This document shows, piece by piece, positions 14,609 through 29,744 of a DNA stretch of 64,000 nt. Each line of letters starts with the position of its first letter. Positions within the stretch are counted from its first letter, which is position 1. The position numbers and the translations under genes are program-made. The DNA is from Auanema rhodensis (taxonomy: Eukaryota > Animalia > Nematoda): the NCBI GenBank assembly GCA_964057225.1, contig OZ059896.1, positions 620,001-684,000 on the forward strand. Reading direction: 5' to 3'. The notes under the pieces were generated by a model. It was given only the letters and a program-made list of their open reading frames with translations, was not told where the DNA came from and ran no database searches.

Positions 14609-17600
14609 CCATGCACCAATATCAATAAAAATTTGTTTTTAGACTAATATGGACATGGGGAATCTAATTTTGAAAACCGCATCTCTTTATCTTTTACGTG
14701 AAGCGAGTTACATACCAAGTGCACATCACGTGTACATTTAATTAGCATAAATTAAAGTTCACGTAAATTTCAAAGTCATGGTTACCATGAAGCAATATCA
14801 ATAAAAATTTGTTTTTAGACTAATATGGACATGGGGAATCTAATCTTGAAAACCGCATCTCTTTATCTTTCACTTGAAGCGAGTTACATACCAAGTGCAC
14901 ATCACGTGTACATTTAATTAGCATAAATTAAAGTTCACGTAAAATTCAAAGTCATGGTTACCATGCACCAATATCAATAAAAATTTGTTTTTAGACTAAT
15001 ATGGACATGGGGAATCTAATTTTGGAAACCGCATCTCTTTATCTTTTACGTGAAGCGAGTTACATACCAAGTGCACATCACGTGTACATTTAATTAGCAT
15101 AAATTAAAGTTCACGTAAATTTCAAAGTCATGGTTACCATGAAGCAATATCAATAAAAATTTGTTTTTAGACTAATATGGACATGGGGAATCTAATTTTG
15201 AAAACCGCATCTCTTTATCTTTCACGTGAAGCGAGTTACATACCAAGTGCACATCACGTGTACATTTAATTAGCATAAATTAAAGTTCACGTAAATTTCA
15301 AAGTCATGGTTACCATGAACCAATATCAATAAAAATTTGTTTTTAGACTAATATGGACATGGGGAATCTAATTTTGAAAACCGCATCTCTTTATCTTTCA
15401 CGTGAAGCGAGTTACATACCAAGTGCACATCACGTGTACATTTAATTAGCATAAATTAAAGTTCACGTAAATTTCAAAGTCATGGTTACCATGCACCAAT
15501 ATCAATAAAAATTTGTTTTTAGACTAATATGGACATGGGGGATCTAATTTTGAAAACCGCATCTCTTTATCTTTCACGTGAAGCGAGTTACATACCAAGT
15601 GCACATCACGTGTACATTTAATTAGCATAAATTAAAGTTCACGTAAATTTCAAAGTCATGGTTACCATGCACCAATATCAATAAAAATTTGTTTTTAGAC
15701 TAATATGGACATGGGGAATCTAATTTTGAAAACCGCATCTCTTTATCTTTCACGTGAAGCGAGTTACATACCAAGTGCACATCACGTGTACATTTAATTA
15801 GCATAAATTAAAGTTCACGTAAATTTCAAAGTCATGGTTACCATGAACCAATATCAATAAAAATTTGTTTTTAGACTAATATGGACATGGGGAATCTAAT
15901 TTTGAAAACCGCATCTCTTTATCTTTCACGTGAAGCGAGTTACATACCAAGTGCACATCACGTGTACATTTAATTAGCATAAATTAAAGTTCACGTAAAT
16001 TTCAAAGTCATGGTTACCATGAACCAATATCAATAAAAATTTGTTTTTAGACTAATATGGACATGGGGAATCTAACTTTGAAAACCGCATCTCTTTATCT
16101 TTCACGTGAAGCGAGTTACATACCAAGTGCACATCACGTGTACATTTAATTAGCATAAATTAAAGTTCACGTAAATTTCAAAGTCATGGTTACCATGAAC
16201 CAATATCAATAAAAATTTGTTTTTAGACTAATATGGACATGGGGAATCTAATTTTGAAAACCGCATCTCTTTATCTTTCACGTGAAGCGAGTTACATACC
16301 AAGTGCACATCACGTGTACATTTAATTAGCATAAATTAAAGTTCACGTAAATTTCAAAGTCGTGGTTACCATGCACCAATATCAATAAAAATTCGTTTTT
16401 AGACTAATATGGACATGGGGAATCTAATTTTGAAAACCGCATCTCTTTATCTTTCACGTGAAGCGAGTTACATACCAAGTGCACATCACGTGTACATTTA
16501 ATTAGCATAAATTAAAGTTCACGTAAATTTCAAAGTCATGGTTACCATGAACCAATATCAATAAAAATTTGTTTTTAGACTAATATGGACATGGGGAATC
16601 TAATTTTGAAAACCGCATCTCTTTATCTTTCACGTGAAGCGAGTTACATACCAAGTGCACATCACGTGTACATTTAATTAGCATAAATTAAAGTTCACGT
16701 AAATTTCAAAGTCATGGTTACCATGCACCAATATCAATAAAAATTTGTTTTTAGACTAATATGGACATGGGGGATCTAATTTTGAAAACCGCATCTCTTT
16801 ATCTTTCACGTGAAGCGAGTTACATACCAAGTGCACATCACGTGTACATTTAATTAGCATAAATTAAAGTTCACGTAAAATTCAAAGTCATGGTTACCAT
16901 GCACCAATATCAATAAAAATTTGTTTTTAGACTAATATGGACATGGGGAATCTAATTTTGAAAACCGCATCTCTTTATCTTTTACGTGAAGCGAGTTACA
17001 TACCAAGTGCACATCACGTGTACATTTAATTAGCATAAATTAAAGTTCACGTAAATTTCAAAGTCATGGTTACCATGAAGCAATATCAATAAAAATTTGT
17101 TTTTAGACTAATATGGACATGGGGAATCTAATCTTGAAAACCGCATCTCTTTATCTTTCACTTGAAGCGAGTTAGATACCAAGTGCACATCACGTGTACA
17201 TTTAATTAGCATAAATTAAAGTTCACGTAAAATTCAAAGTCATGGTTACCATGCACCAATATCAATAAAAATTTGTTTTTAGACTAATATGGACATGGGG
17301 AATCTAATTTTGGAAACCGCATCTCTTTATCTTTTACGTGAAGCGAGTTACATACCAAGTGCACATCACGTGTACATTTAATTAGCATAAATTAAAGTTC
17401 ACGTAAATTTCAAAGTCATGGTTACCATGAACCAATATCAATAAAAATTTGTTTTCAGACTAATATGGACATGGGGAATCTAATTTTGAAAACCGCATCT
17501 CTTTATCTTTCACGTGAAGCGAGTTACATACCAAGTGCACATCACGTGTACATTTAATTAGCATAAATTAAAGTTCACGTAAATTTCAAAGTCATGGTTA

Positions 17601-19184
17601 CCATGAACCAATATCAATAAAAATTTGTTTTTAGACTAATATGGACATGGGGAATCTAATTTTGAAAACCGCATCTCTTTATCTTTCACGTGAAGCGAGT
17701 TACATACCAAGTGCACATCACGTGTACATTTAATTAGCATAAATTAAAGTTCACGTAAATTTCAAAGTCATGGTTACCATGCACCAATATCAATAAAAAT
17801 TTGTTTTTAGACTAATATGGACATGGGGGATCTAATTTTGAAAACCGCATCTCTTTATCTTTCACGTGAAGCGAGTTACATACCAAGTGCACATCACGTG
17901 TACATTTAATTAGCATAAATTAAAGTTCACGTAAATTTCAAAGTCATGGTTACCATGCACCAATATCAATAAAAATTTGTTTTTAGACTAATATGGACAT
18001 GGGGAATCTAATTTTGAAAACCGCATCTCTTTATCTTTCACGTGAAGCGAGTTACATACCAAGTGCACATCACGTGTACATTTAATTAGCATAAATTAAA
18101 GTTCACGTAAATTTCAAAGTCATGGTTACCATGAACCAATATCAAAAAAAATTTGTTTTTAGACTAATATGGACATGGGGAATCTAATTTTGAAAACCGC
18201 ATCTCTTTATCTTTCACGTGAAGCGAGTTACATACCAAGTGCACATGACGTGTACATTTAATTAGCATAAATTAAAGTTCACGTAAATTTCAAAGTCATG
18301 GTTACCATGAACCAATATCAATAAAAATTTGTTTTTAGACTAATATGGACATGGGGAATCTAACTTTGAAAACCGCATCTCTTTATCTTTCACGTGAAGC
18401 GAGTTACATACCAAGTGCACATCACGTGTACATTTAATTAGCATAAATTAAAGTTCACGTAAATTTCAAAGTCATGGTTACCATGAACCAATATCAATAA
18501 AAATTTGTTTTTAGACTAATATGGACATGGGGAATCTAATTTTGAAAACCGCATCTCTTTATCTTTCACGTGAAGCGAGTTACATACCAAGTGCACATCA
18601 CGTGTACATTTAATTAGCATAAATTAAAGTTCACGTAAATTTCAAAGTCGTGGTTACCATGCACCAATATCAATAAAAATTCGTTTTTAGACTAATATGG
18701 ACATGGGGAATCTAATTTTGAAAACCGCATCTCTTTATCTTTCACGTGAAGCGAGTTACATACCAAGTGCACATCACGTGTACATTTAATTAGCATAAAT
18801 TAAAGTTCACGTAAATTTCAAAGTCATGGTTACCATGAACCAATATCAATAAAAATTTGTTTTTAGACTAATATGGACATGGGGAATCTAATTTTGAAAA
18901 CCGCATCTCTTTATCTTTCACGTGAAGCGAGTTACATACCAAGTGCACATCACGTGTACATTTAATTAGCATAAATTAAAGTTCACGTAAATTTCAAAGT
19001 CATGGTTACCATGCACCAATATCAATAAAAATTTGTTTTTAGACTAATATGGACATGGGGGATCTAATTTTGAAAACCGCATCTCTTTATCTTTCACGTG
19101 AAGCGAGTTACATACCAAGTGCACATCACGTGTACATTTAATTAGCATAAATTAAAGTTTACGTGAATTTCAAAGTCATGGTTA
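14609..19184 (+). repeat. 13-monomer (2288 bp) higher-order tandem duplication: 14609-16896 / 16897-19184
   Basis: Variants AATCTTG/CACTTG, TTGGAAA, GGGGGATC, TAACTTT, GTCGTGG and ATTCGTTT recur at a 2288-bp offset. A few private differences exist, e.g. 15137 vs 17425 and monomer 18129. Confidence 0.85.
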
Positions 19185-20240
19185 CCATGCACCAATATCA
19201 ATAAAAAATTGTTTTTAGACTAATATGGACATGGGGAATCTAATTTTGAAAACCGCATCTCTTCATCTTTCACGTGAAGCGAGTTACATACCAAGTGCAC
19301 ATCACGTGTACATTTAATTAGCATAAATTAAAGTTCACGTAAATTTCAAAGTCATGGTTACCATGCACCAATATCAATAAAAATTTGTTTTTAGACTAAT
19401 ATGGACATGGGGAATCTAATTTTGAAAACCGCATCTCTTTATCTTTCACGTGAAGCGAGTTACATACCAAGTGCACATCACGTGTACATTTAATTAGCAT
19501 AAATTAAAGTTCACGTAAATTTCAAAGTCATGGTTACCATGAACCAATATCAATAAAAATTTGTTTTTAGACTAATATGGACATGGGAAATCTAATTTTG
19601 AAAACCGCATCTCTTTATCTTTCACGTGAAGCGAGTTACATACCAAGTGCACATCACGTGTACATTTAATTAGCATAAATTAAAGTTCACGTAAATTTCA
19701 AAGTCGTGGTTACCATGCACCAATATCAATAAAAATTCGTTTTTAGACTAATATGGACATGGGGAATCTAATTTTGAAAACCGCATCTCTTTATCTTTCA
19801 CGTGAAGCGAGTTACATACCAAGTGCACATCACGTGTACATTTAATTAGCATAAATTAAAGTTCACGTAAATTTCAAAGTCATGGTTACCATGCACCAAT
19901 ATCAATAAAAATTTGTTTTTAGACTAATATGGACATGGGGAATCTAATTTTGAAAACCGCATCTCTTTATCTTTCACGTGAAGCGAGTTACATACCAAGT
20001 GCACATCACGTGTACATTTAATTAGCATAAATTAATGTTCACGTAAATTTCAAAGTCATGGTTACCATGAACCAATATCAATTAAAATTTGTTTTTAGAC
20101 TAATATGGACATGGGCAATTTAATTTTGAAAACCGCATCTCTTTATCTTTCACGTGAAGCGAGTTACATACCAAGTGCACATCACGTGTACATTTAATTA
20201 GCATAAATTAAAGTTCACGTAAATTTCAAAGTCACGGTTA

Positions 20241-23200
20241 CCATGCACCAATATCAATAAAAATTTGTTTTTAGACTAATATGGACATGGGGAATCTAAT
20301 TTTGAAAACCGTATCTCTTTATCTTTCACGTGAAGCGAGTTACATACCAAGTGCACATCACGTGTACATTTAATTAGCATAAATTAAAGTTCACGTAAAT
20401 TTCAAAGTCATGGTTACCATGAACCAATATCAATAAAAATTTGTTTTTAGACTAATATGGACATGGGCAATCTAATTTTGAAAACCGCATCTCTTTATCT
20501 TTCACGTGAAGCGAGTTACATACCAAGTGCACATCACGTGTACATTTAATTAGCATAAATTAAAGTTCACGTAAATTTCAAAGTCATGGTTACCATGCAC
20601 CAATATCAATAAAAATTTGTTTTTAGACTAATATGGACATGAGGAATCTAATTTTGAGAACCGCATCTCTTTATCTTTCACGTGAAGCGAGTTACATACC
20701 GAGTGCACATCACGCGTACATTTAATTAGCATAAATTAAAGTTCACGTAAATTTCAAAGTCATGGTTACCATGCACCAATATCAATAAAAATTTGTTTTT
20801 AGACTAATATGGACATGGGGAATCTAATTTTGAAAACCGCATCTCTTCATCTTTCACGTGAAGCGAGTTACATACCAAGTGCACATCACGTGTACATTTA
20901 ATTAGCATAAATTAAAGTTCACGTAAATTTCAAAGTCATGGTTACCATGAACCAATATCAATTAAAGTTTGTTTTTAGACTAATATGGACATGGGGAATC
21001 TAATTTTGAAAACCGCATCTCTTTATCTTTCACGTGAAGCGAGTTACATACCAAGTGCACATCACGTGTACATTTAATTAGCATAAATTAAAGTTCACGT
21101 AAATTTCAAAGTCATGGTTACCATGTACCAATATCAATTAAAATTTGTTTTTAGACTAATATGGACATGGGCAATCTAATTTTGAAAACCGCATCTCTTT
21201 ATCTTTCACGTGAAGCGAGTTACATACCAAGTGCACATCACGTGTACATTTAATTAGCATAAATTAAAGTTCACGTAAATTTCAAAGTCATGGTTACCAT
21301 GCACCAATATCAATAAAAATTTGTTTTTAGACTAATATGGACATGGGGAATCTAATTTTGAAAACCGCATCTCTTTATCTTTCACGTGAAGCGAGTTACA
21401 TACCAAGTGCACATCACGTGTACATTTAATTAGCATAAATTAAAGTTCACGTAAATTTCAAAGTCATGGTTACCATGCACCAGTATCAATGAAAATTTGT
21501 TTTTAGACTAATATGGACATGGGGAATCTAATTTTGAAAACCGCATCTCTTTATCTTTCACGTGAAGCGAGTTACATACCAAGTGCACATCACGTGTACA
21601 TTTAATTAGCATAAATTAAAGTTCACGTAAATTTCAAAGTCATGGTTACCATGAACCAATATCAATTAAAATTTGTTTTTAGACTAATATGGACATGGGG
21701 AATCTAATTTTGAAAACCGCATCTCTTTATCTTTCACGTGAAGCGAGTTACATACCAAGTGCACATCACGTGTACATTTAATTAGCATAAATTAAAGTTC
21801 ACGTAAATTTCAAAGTCATGGTTACCATGTACCAATATCAATTAAAATTTGTTTTTAGACTAATATGGACATGGGCAATCTAATTTTGAAAACCGCATCT
21901 CTTTATCTTTCACGTGAAGCGAGTTACATACCAAGTGCACATCACGTGTACATTTAATTAGCATAAATTAAAGTTCACGTAAATTTCAAAGTCATGGTTA
22001 CCATGCACCAATATCAATAAAAATTTGTTTTTAGACTAATATGGACATGGGGAATCTAATTTTGAAAACCGCATCTCTTTATCTTTCACGTGAAGCGAGT
22101 TACATACCAAGTGCACATCACGTGTACATTTAATTAGCATAAATTAAAGTTCACGTAAATTTCAAAGTCACGGTTACCATGCACCAATATCAATAAAAAT
22201 TTGTTTTTAGACTAATATGGACATGGGGAATCTAATTTTGAAAACCGTATCTCTTTATCTTTCACGTGAAGCGAGTTACATACCAAGTGCACATCACGTG
22301 TACATTTAATTAGCATAAATTAAAGTTCACGTAAATTTCAAAGTCATGGTTACCATGAACCAATATCAATAAAAATTTGTTTTTAGACTAATATGGACAT
22401 GGGCAATCTAATTTTGAAAACCGCATCTCTTTATCTTTCACGTGAAGCGAGTTACATACCAAGTGCACATCACGTGTACATTTAATTAGCATAAATTAAA
22501 GTTCACGTAAATTTCAAAGTCATGGTTACCATGCACCAATATCAATAAAAATTTGTTTTTAGACTAATATGGACATGAGGAATCTAATTTTGAAAACCGC
22601 ATCTCTTTATCTTTCACGTGAAGCGAGTTACATACCGAGTGCACATCACGCGTACATTTAATTAGCATAAATTAAAGTTCACGTAAATTTCAAAGTCATG
22701 GTTACCATGCACCAATATCAATAAAAATTTGTTTTTAGACTAATATGGACATGGGGAATCTAATTTTGAAAACCGCATCTCTTCATCTTTCACGTGAAGC
22801 GAGTTACATACCAAGTGCACATCACGTGTACATTTAATTAGCATAAATTAAAGTTCACGTAAATTTCAAAGTCATGGTTACCATGAACCAATATCAATTA
22901 AAGTTTGTTTTTAGACTAATATGGACATGGGGAATCTAATTTTGAAAACCGCATCTCTTTATCTTTCACGTGAAGCGAGTTACATACCAAGTGCACATCA
23001 CGTGTACATTTAATTAGCATAAATTAAAGTTCACGTAAATTTCAAAGTCATGGTTACCATGTACCAATATCAATTAAAATTTGTTTTTAGACTAATATGG
23101 ACATGGGCAATCTAATTTTGAAAACCGCATCTCTTTATCTTTCACGTGAAGCGAGTTACATACCAAGTGCACATCACGTGTACATTTAATTAGCATAAAT

Positions 23201-24112
23201 TAAAGTTCACGTAAATTTCAAAGTCATGGTTACCATGCACCAATATCAATAAAAATTTGTTTTTAGACTAATATGGACATGGGGAATCTAATTTTGAAAA
23301 CCGCATCTCTTTATCTTTCACGTGAAGCGAGTTACATACCAAGTGCACATCACGTGTACATTTAATTAGCATAAATTAAAGTTCACGTAAATTTCAAAGT
23401 CATGGTTACCATGCACCAGTATCAATGAAAATTTGTTTTTAGACTAATATGGACATGGGGAATCTAATTTTGAAAACCGCATCTCTTTATCTTTCACGTG
23501 AAGCGAGTTACATACCAAGTGCACATCACGTGTACATTTAATTAGCATAAATTAAAGTTCACGTAAATTTCAAAGTCATGGTTACCATGAACCAATATCA
23601 ATTAAAATTTGTTTTTAGACTAATATGGACATGGGGAATCTAATTTTGAAAACCGCATCTCTTTATCTTTCACGTGAAGCGAGTTACATACCAAGTGCAC
23701 ATCACGTGTACATTTAATTAGCATAAATTAAAGTTCACGTAAATTTCAAAGTCATGGTTACCATGTACCAATATCAATTAAAATTTGTTTTTAGACTAAT
23801 ATGGACATGGGCAATCTAATTTTGAAAACCGCATCTCTTTATCTTTCACGTGAAGCGAGTTACATACCAAGTGCACATCACGTGTACATTTAATTAGCAT
23901 AAATTAAAGTTCACGTAAATTTCAAAGTCATGGTTACCATGCACCAATATCAATAAAAATTTGTTTTTAGACTAATATGGACATGGGGAATCTAATTTTG
24001 AAAACCGCATCTCTTTATCTTTCACGTGAAGCGAGTTACATACCAAGTGCACATCACGTGTACATTTAATTAGCATAAATTAAAGTTCACGTAAATTTCA
24101 AAGTCATGGTTA
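20241..24112 (+). repeat. 11-monomer (1936 bp) higher-order tandem duplication: 20241-22176 / 22177-24112
   Basis: GTCACGG/CCGTATC, GGGCAA, GAGG+CCGAG+CACGCGT, CTTCATC, ATTAAAG, CCATGTACC and CAGTATCAATGAA recur in the same order 1936 bp apart. Confidence 0.92.
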
Positions 24113-24640
24113 CCATGCACCAATATCAATAAAAATTTGTTTTTAGACTAATATGGACATGGGGAATCTAATTTTGAAAACCTCATCTCTTTATCTTTCA
24201 CGTGAAGCGAGTTACATACCAAGTGCACATCACGTGTACATTTAATTAGCATAAATTAAAGTTCACGTAAATTTCAAAGTCATGGTTACCATGCACCAAT
24301 ATCAATAAAAATTAGTATTTAGACTAATATGGACATGGGGGATCTAATTTTGTAAACCGCATCTCTTTATCTTTCACGTGAAGCGAGTTACATACCAAGT
24401 GCACATCACGTGTACATTTAATTAGCATAAATTAAAGTTCACGTAAATTTCAAAGTCATGGTTACCATGAACCAATATCAATAAAAATTTGTTTTTAGAC
24501 TAATATGGACATGGGAAATCTAATTTTGAAAACCGCATCTCTTTATCTTTTACGTGAAGCGAGTTACATACCAAGTGCACATCACGTGTACATTTAATTA
24601 GCATAAATTAAAGTTCACGTAAATTTCAAAGTCATGGTTA

Positions 24641-27632
24641 CCATGAACCAATATCAATAAAAATTTGTTTTTAGACTAACATGTACATGGGAAATCTAAT
24701 TTTGAAAACCGCATCTCTTTATCTTTCACGTGAAGCGAGTTACGTACCAAGTGCACATCACGTGTACATTTAATTAGCATAAATTAAAGTTCACGTAAAT
24801 TTCAAAGTCATGGTTACCATGAACCAATATCAATAAAAATTTGTTTTTAGACTAACATGTACATGAGGAATTTAATTTTGAAAACCGCATCTCTTTATCT
24901 TTCACGTGAAGCGAGTTACATACCAAGTGCACATCACGTGTACATTTAATTAGCATAAATTAAAGTTCACGTAAATTTCAAAGTCATGGTTACCATGAAC
25001 CAATATCAATAAAAATTTGTTTTTAGACTAATATGGACATGGGGAATCTAATTTTGAAAACCGCATCTCTTTATCTTTCACGTGAAGCGAGTTACATACC
25101 AAGTGCACATCACGTGTACATTTAATTAGCATAAATTAAAATTCACGTAAATTTCAAAGTCATGGTTACCATGAACCAATATCAATAAAAATTTGTTTTT
25201 AGACTAACATGTACATGGGAAATCTAATTTTGAAAACCGCATCTCTTTATCTTTCACGTGAAGCGAGTTACATACCAAGTGCACATCACGTGTACATTTA
25301 ATTAGCATAAATTAAAGTTCACGTAAATTTCAAAGTCATGGTTACCATGAACCAATATCAATAAAAATTTGTTTTTAGACTAATATGGACATGGGAAATC
25401 TAATTTTGAAAATCGCATCTCTTTATCTTTTACGTGAAGCGAGTTACATACCAAGTGCACATCACGTGTACATTTAATTAGCATAAATTAAAGTTCACGT
25501 AAATTTCAAAGTCATGGTTACCATGAACCAATATCAATAAAAATTTGTTTTTAGACTAATATGGACATGGGGAATCTAATTTTGAAAACCGCATCTCTTT
25601 ATCTTTCACGTGAAGCGAGTTACATACCAAGTGCACATCACGTGTACATTTAATTAGCATAAATTAAAATTCACGTAAATTTCAAAGTCATGGTTACCAT
25701 GAACCAATATCAATAAAAATGTGTTTTTAGACTCATATGGACATGGGGAATCTAATTTTGAAAACCGCATCTCTTTATCATTCACGTGAAGCGAGTTACA
25801 TACCAAGTTCACATCACGTGTACATTTAATTAGCATTAATTAAAGTTCACGTAAATTTCAAAGTCATGGTTACCATGCACCAATATCAATAAAAATTTGT
25901 TTTTAGACTAATATGGACATGGGGAATCTAATTTTAAAAACCGCATCTCTTTATCTTTCACGTGAAGCGAGTTACATACCAAGTGCACATCACGTGTACA
26001 TTTAATTAGCATAAATTAAAGTTCACGTAAATTTCAAAGTCATGGTTACCATGAACCAATATCAATAAAAATTTGTTTTTAGACTAACATGTACATGGGA
26101 AATCTAATTTTGAAAACCGCATCTCTTTATCTTTCACGTGAAGCGAGTTACGTACCAAGTGCACATCACGTGTACATTTACTTAGCATAAATTAAAGTTC
26201 ACGTAAATTTCAAAGTCATGGTTACCATGAACCAATATCAATAAAAATTTGTTTTTAGACTAACATGTACATGAGGAATTTAATTTTGAAAACCGCATCT
26301 CTTTATCTTTCACGTGAAGCGAGTTACATACCAAGTGCACATCACGTGTACATTTAATTAGCATAAATTAAAGTTCACGTAAATTTCAAAGTCATGGTTA
26401 CCATGAACCAATATCAATAAAAATTTGTTTTTAGACTAATATGGACATGGGGAATCTAATTTTGAAAACCGCATCTCTTTATCTTTCACGTGAAGCGAGT
26501 TACATACCAAGTGCACATCACGTGTACATTTAATTAGCATAAATTAAAATTCACGTAAATTTCAAAGTCATGGTTACCATGAACCAATATCAATAAAAAT
26601 TTGTTTTTAGACTAACATGTACATGGGAAATCTAATTTTGAAAACCGCATCTCTTTATCTTTCACGTGAAGCGAGTTACATACCAAGTGCACATCACGTG
26701 TACATTTAATTAGCATAAATTAAAGTTCACGTAAATTTCAAAGTCATGGTTACCATGAACCAATATCAATAAAAATTTGTTTTTAGACTAATATGGACAT
26801 GGGAAATCTAATTTTGAAAACCGCATCTCTTTATCTTTTACGTGAAGCGAGTTACATACCAAGTGCACATCACGTGTACATTTAATTAGCATAAATTAAA
26901 GTTCACGTAAATTTCAAAGTCATGGTTACCATGAACCAATATCAATAAAAATTTGTTTTTAGACTAATATGGACATGGGGAATCTAATTTTGAAAACCGC
27001 ATCTCTTTATCTTTCACGTGAAGCGAGTTACATACCAAGTGCACATCACGTGTACATTTAATTAGCATAAATTAAAATTCACGTAAATTTCAAAGTCATG
27101 GTTACCATGAACCAATATCAATAAAAATGTGTTTTTAGACTCATATGGACATGGGGAATCTAATTTTGAAAACCGCATCTCTTTATCATTCACGTGAAGC
27201 GAGTTACATACCAAGTTCACATCACGTGTACATTTAATTAGCATTAATTAAAGTTCACGTAAATTTCAAAGTCATGGTTACCATGCACCAATATCAATAA
27301 AAATTTGTTTTTAGACTAATATGGACATGGGGAATCTAATTTTAAAAACCGCATCTCTTTATCTTTCACGTGAAGCGAGTTACATACCAAGTGCACATCA
27401 CGTGTACATTTAATTAGCATAAATTAAAGTTCACGTAAATTTCAAAGTCATGGTTACCATGAACCAATATCAATAAAAATTTGTTTTTAGACTAACATGT
27501 ACATGGGAAATCTAATTTTGAAAACCGCATCTCTTTATCTTTCACGTGAAGCGAGTTACGTACCAAGTGCACATCACGTGTACATTTACTTAGCATAAAT
27601 TAAAGTTCACGTAAATTTCAAAGTCATGGTTA
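24641..27632 (+). repeat. 8-monomer (1408 bp) higher-order repeat, two copies plus the start of a third
   Basis: The AACATGTACATGGGAAA+TACGTACC monomer is at 24641, 26049 and 27457. The AATGTG+CTCAT+TCATTC+AAGTTC+GCATTAAT monomer is at 25697 and 27105. The identical ORFs at 25654 and 27062 are exactly 1408 bp apart. Confidence 0.92.
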
Positions 27633-29744
27633 CCATGAACCAATATCAATAAAAATTTGTTTTTAGACTAATATGGACATGGGGAATCTAATTTTGAAAA
27701 CCGCATCTTTTTATCTTTCACGTGAAGCGAGTTACATACCAAGTGCACATCACGTGTACATTTAATTAGCATAAATTAATGTTCACGTAAATTTCAAAGT
27801 CATGGTTACCATGAACCAATATCAATAAAAATTTGTTTTTAGACTAACATGTACATGAGGAATCTAATTTTGAAAACCGCATCTCTTTATCTTTCACGTG
27901 AAGCGAGTTACATACCAAGTGCACATCACGTGTACATTTAATTAGCATAAATTAAAGTTCACGTAAATTTCAAAGTCATGGTTACCATGAACCAATATCA
28001 ATAAAAATTTGTTTTTAGACTAATATGGACATGGGGAATCTAATTTTGAAAACCGCATCTCTTTATCTTTCACGTGAAGCGAGTTACATACCAAGTGCAC
28101 ATCACGTGTACATTTATTTAGCATAAATTAAAGTTCACGTAAATTTCAAAGTCATGGTTATCATGAACCAATATCAATAAAAATTTGTTTTTAGACTAAT
28201 ATGGACATGGGAAATCTAATTTTGAAAACCGCATCTCTTTATCTTTTACGTGAAGCGAGTTACATACCAAGTGCACATCACGTGTACATTTAATTAGCAT
28301 AAATTAAAGTTCACGTAAATTTCAAAGTCATGGTTACCAAGCACCAATATCAATAAAAATTTGTTTTTAGACTAATATGGACATGGGGAATCTAATTTTG
28401 AAAACCGCATCTCTTTATCTTTCACGTGAAGCGAGTTACATACCAAGTGCACATCACGTGTACATTTAATTAGCATAAATTAAAGTTCACGTAAATTTCA
28501 AAGTCATGGTTACCATGAACCAATATCAATAAAAATTTGTTTTTAGACTAATATGGACATGGGGAATCTAATTTTGAAAACCGCATCTCTTTATCTTTCA
28601 CGTGAAGCGAGTTACATACCAAGTGCACATCACGTGTACATTTAATTAGCATAAATTAATGTTCACGTAAATTTCAAAGTCATGGTTACCATGAACCAAT
28701 ATCAATAAAAATTTGTTTTTAGACTAATATGGACATGGGGAATCTAATTTTAAAAACCGCATCTCTTTATCTTTCACGTGAAGCGAGTTACATACCAAGT
28801 GCACATCACGTGTACATTTAATTAGCATAAATTAAAGTTCACGTAAATTTCAAAGTCATGGTTACCAAGCACCAATATCAATAAAAATTTGTTTTTAGAC
28901 TAATATGGACATGGGAAATCTAATTTTGAAAACCGCATCTCTTTATCTTTTACGTGAAGCGAGTTACATACCAAGTGCACATCACGTGTACATTTAATTA
29001 GCATAAATTAAAGTTCACGTAAATTTCAAAGTCATGGTTACCATGAACCAATATCAATAAAAATTTGTTTTTAGACTAATATGGACATGGGGAATCTAAT
29101 TTTGAAAACCGCATCTCTTTATCTTTCACGTGAAGCGAGTTACATACCAAGTGCACATCACGTGTACATTTAATTAGCATAAATTAAAGTTCACGTAAAT
29201 TTCAAAGTCATGGTTATCATGAACCAATATCAATAAAAATTTGTTTTTAGACTAATATGGACATGGGAAATCTAATTTTGAAAACCGCATCTCTTTATCT
29301 TTTACGTGAAGCGAGTTACATACCAAGTGCACATCACGTGTACATTTAATTAGCATAAATTAAAGTTCACGTAAATTTCAAAGTCATGGTTACCAAGCAC
29401 CAATATCAATAAAAATTTGTTTTTAGACTAATATGGACATGGGGAATCTAATTTTGAAAACCGCATCTCTTTATCTTTCACGTGAAGCGAGTTACATACC
29501 AAGTGCACATCACGTGTACATTTAATTAGCATAAATTAAAGTTCACGTAAATTTCAAAGTCATGGTTACCATGAACCAATATCAATAAAAATTTGTTTTT
29601 AGACTAATATGGACATGGGGAATCTAATTTTGAAAACCGCATCTTTTTATATTTCACGTGAAACGAGTTACATACCAAGTGCACATCACGTGTACATTTA
29701 ATTAGCATAAATTAAAGTTCACGTAAATTTCAAAGTCATGGTTA

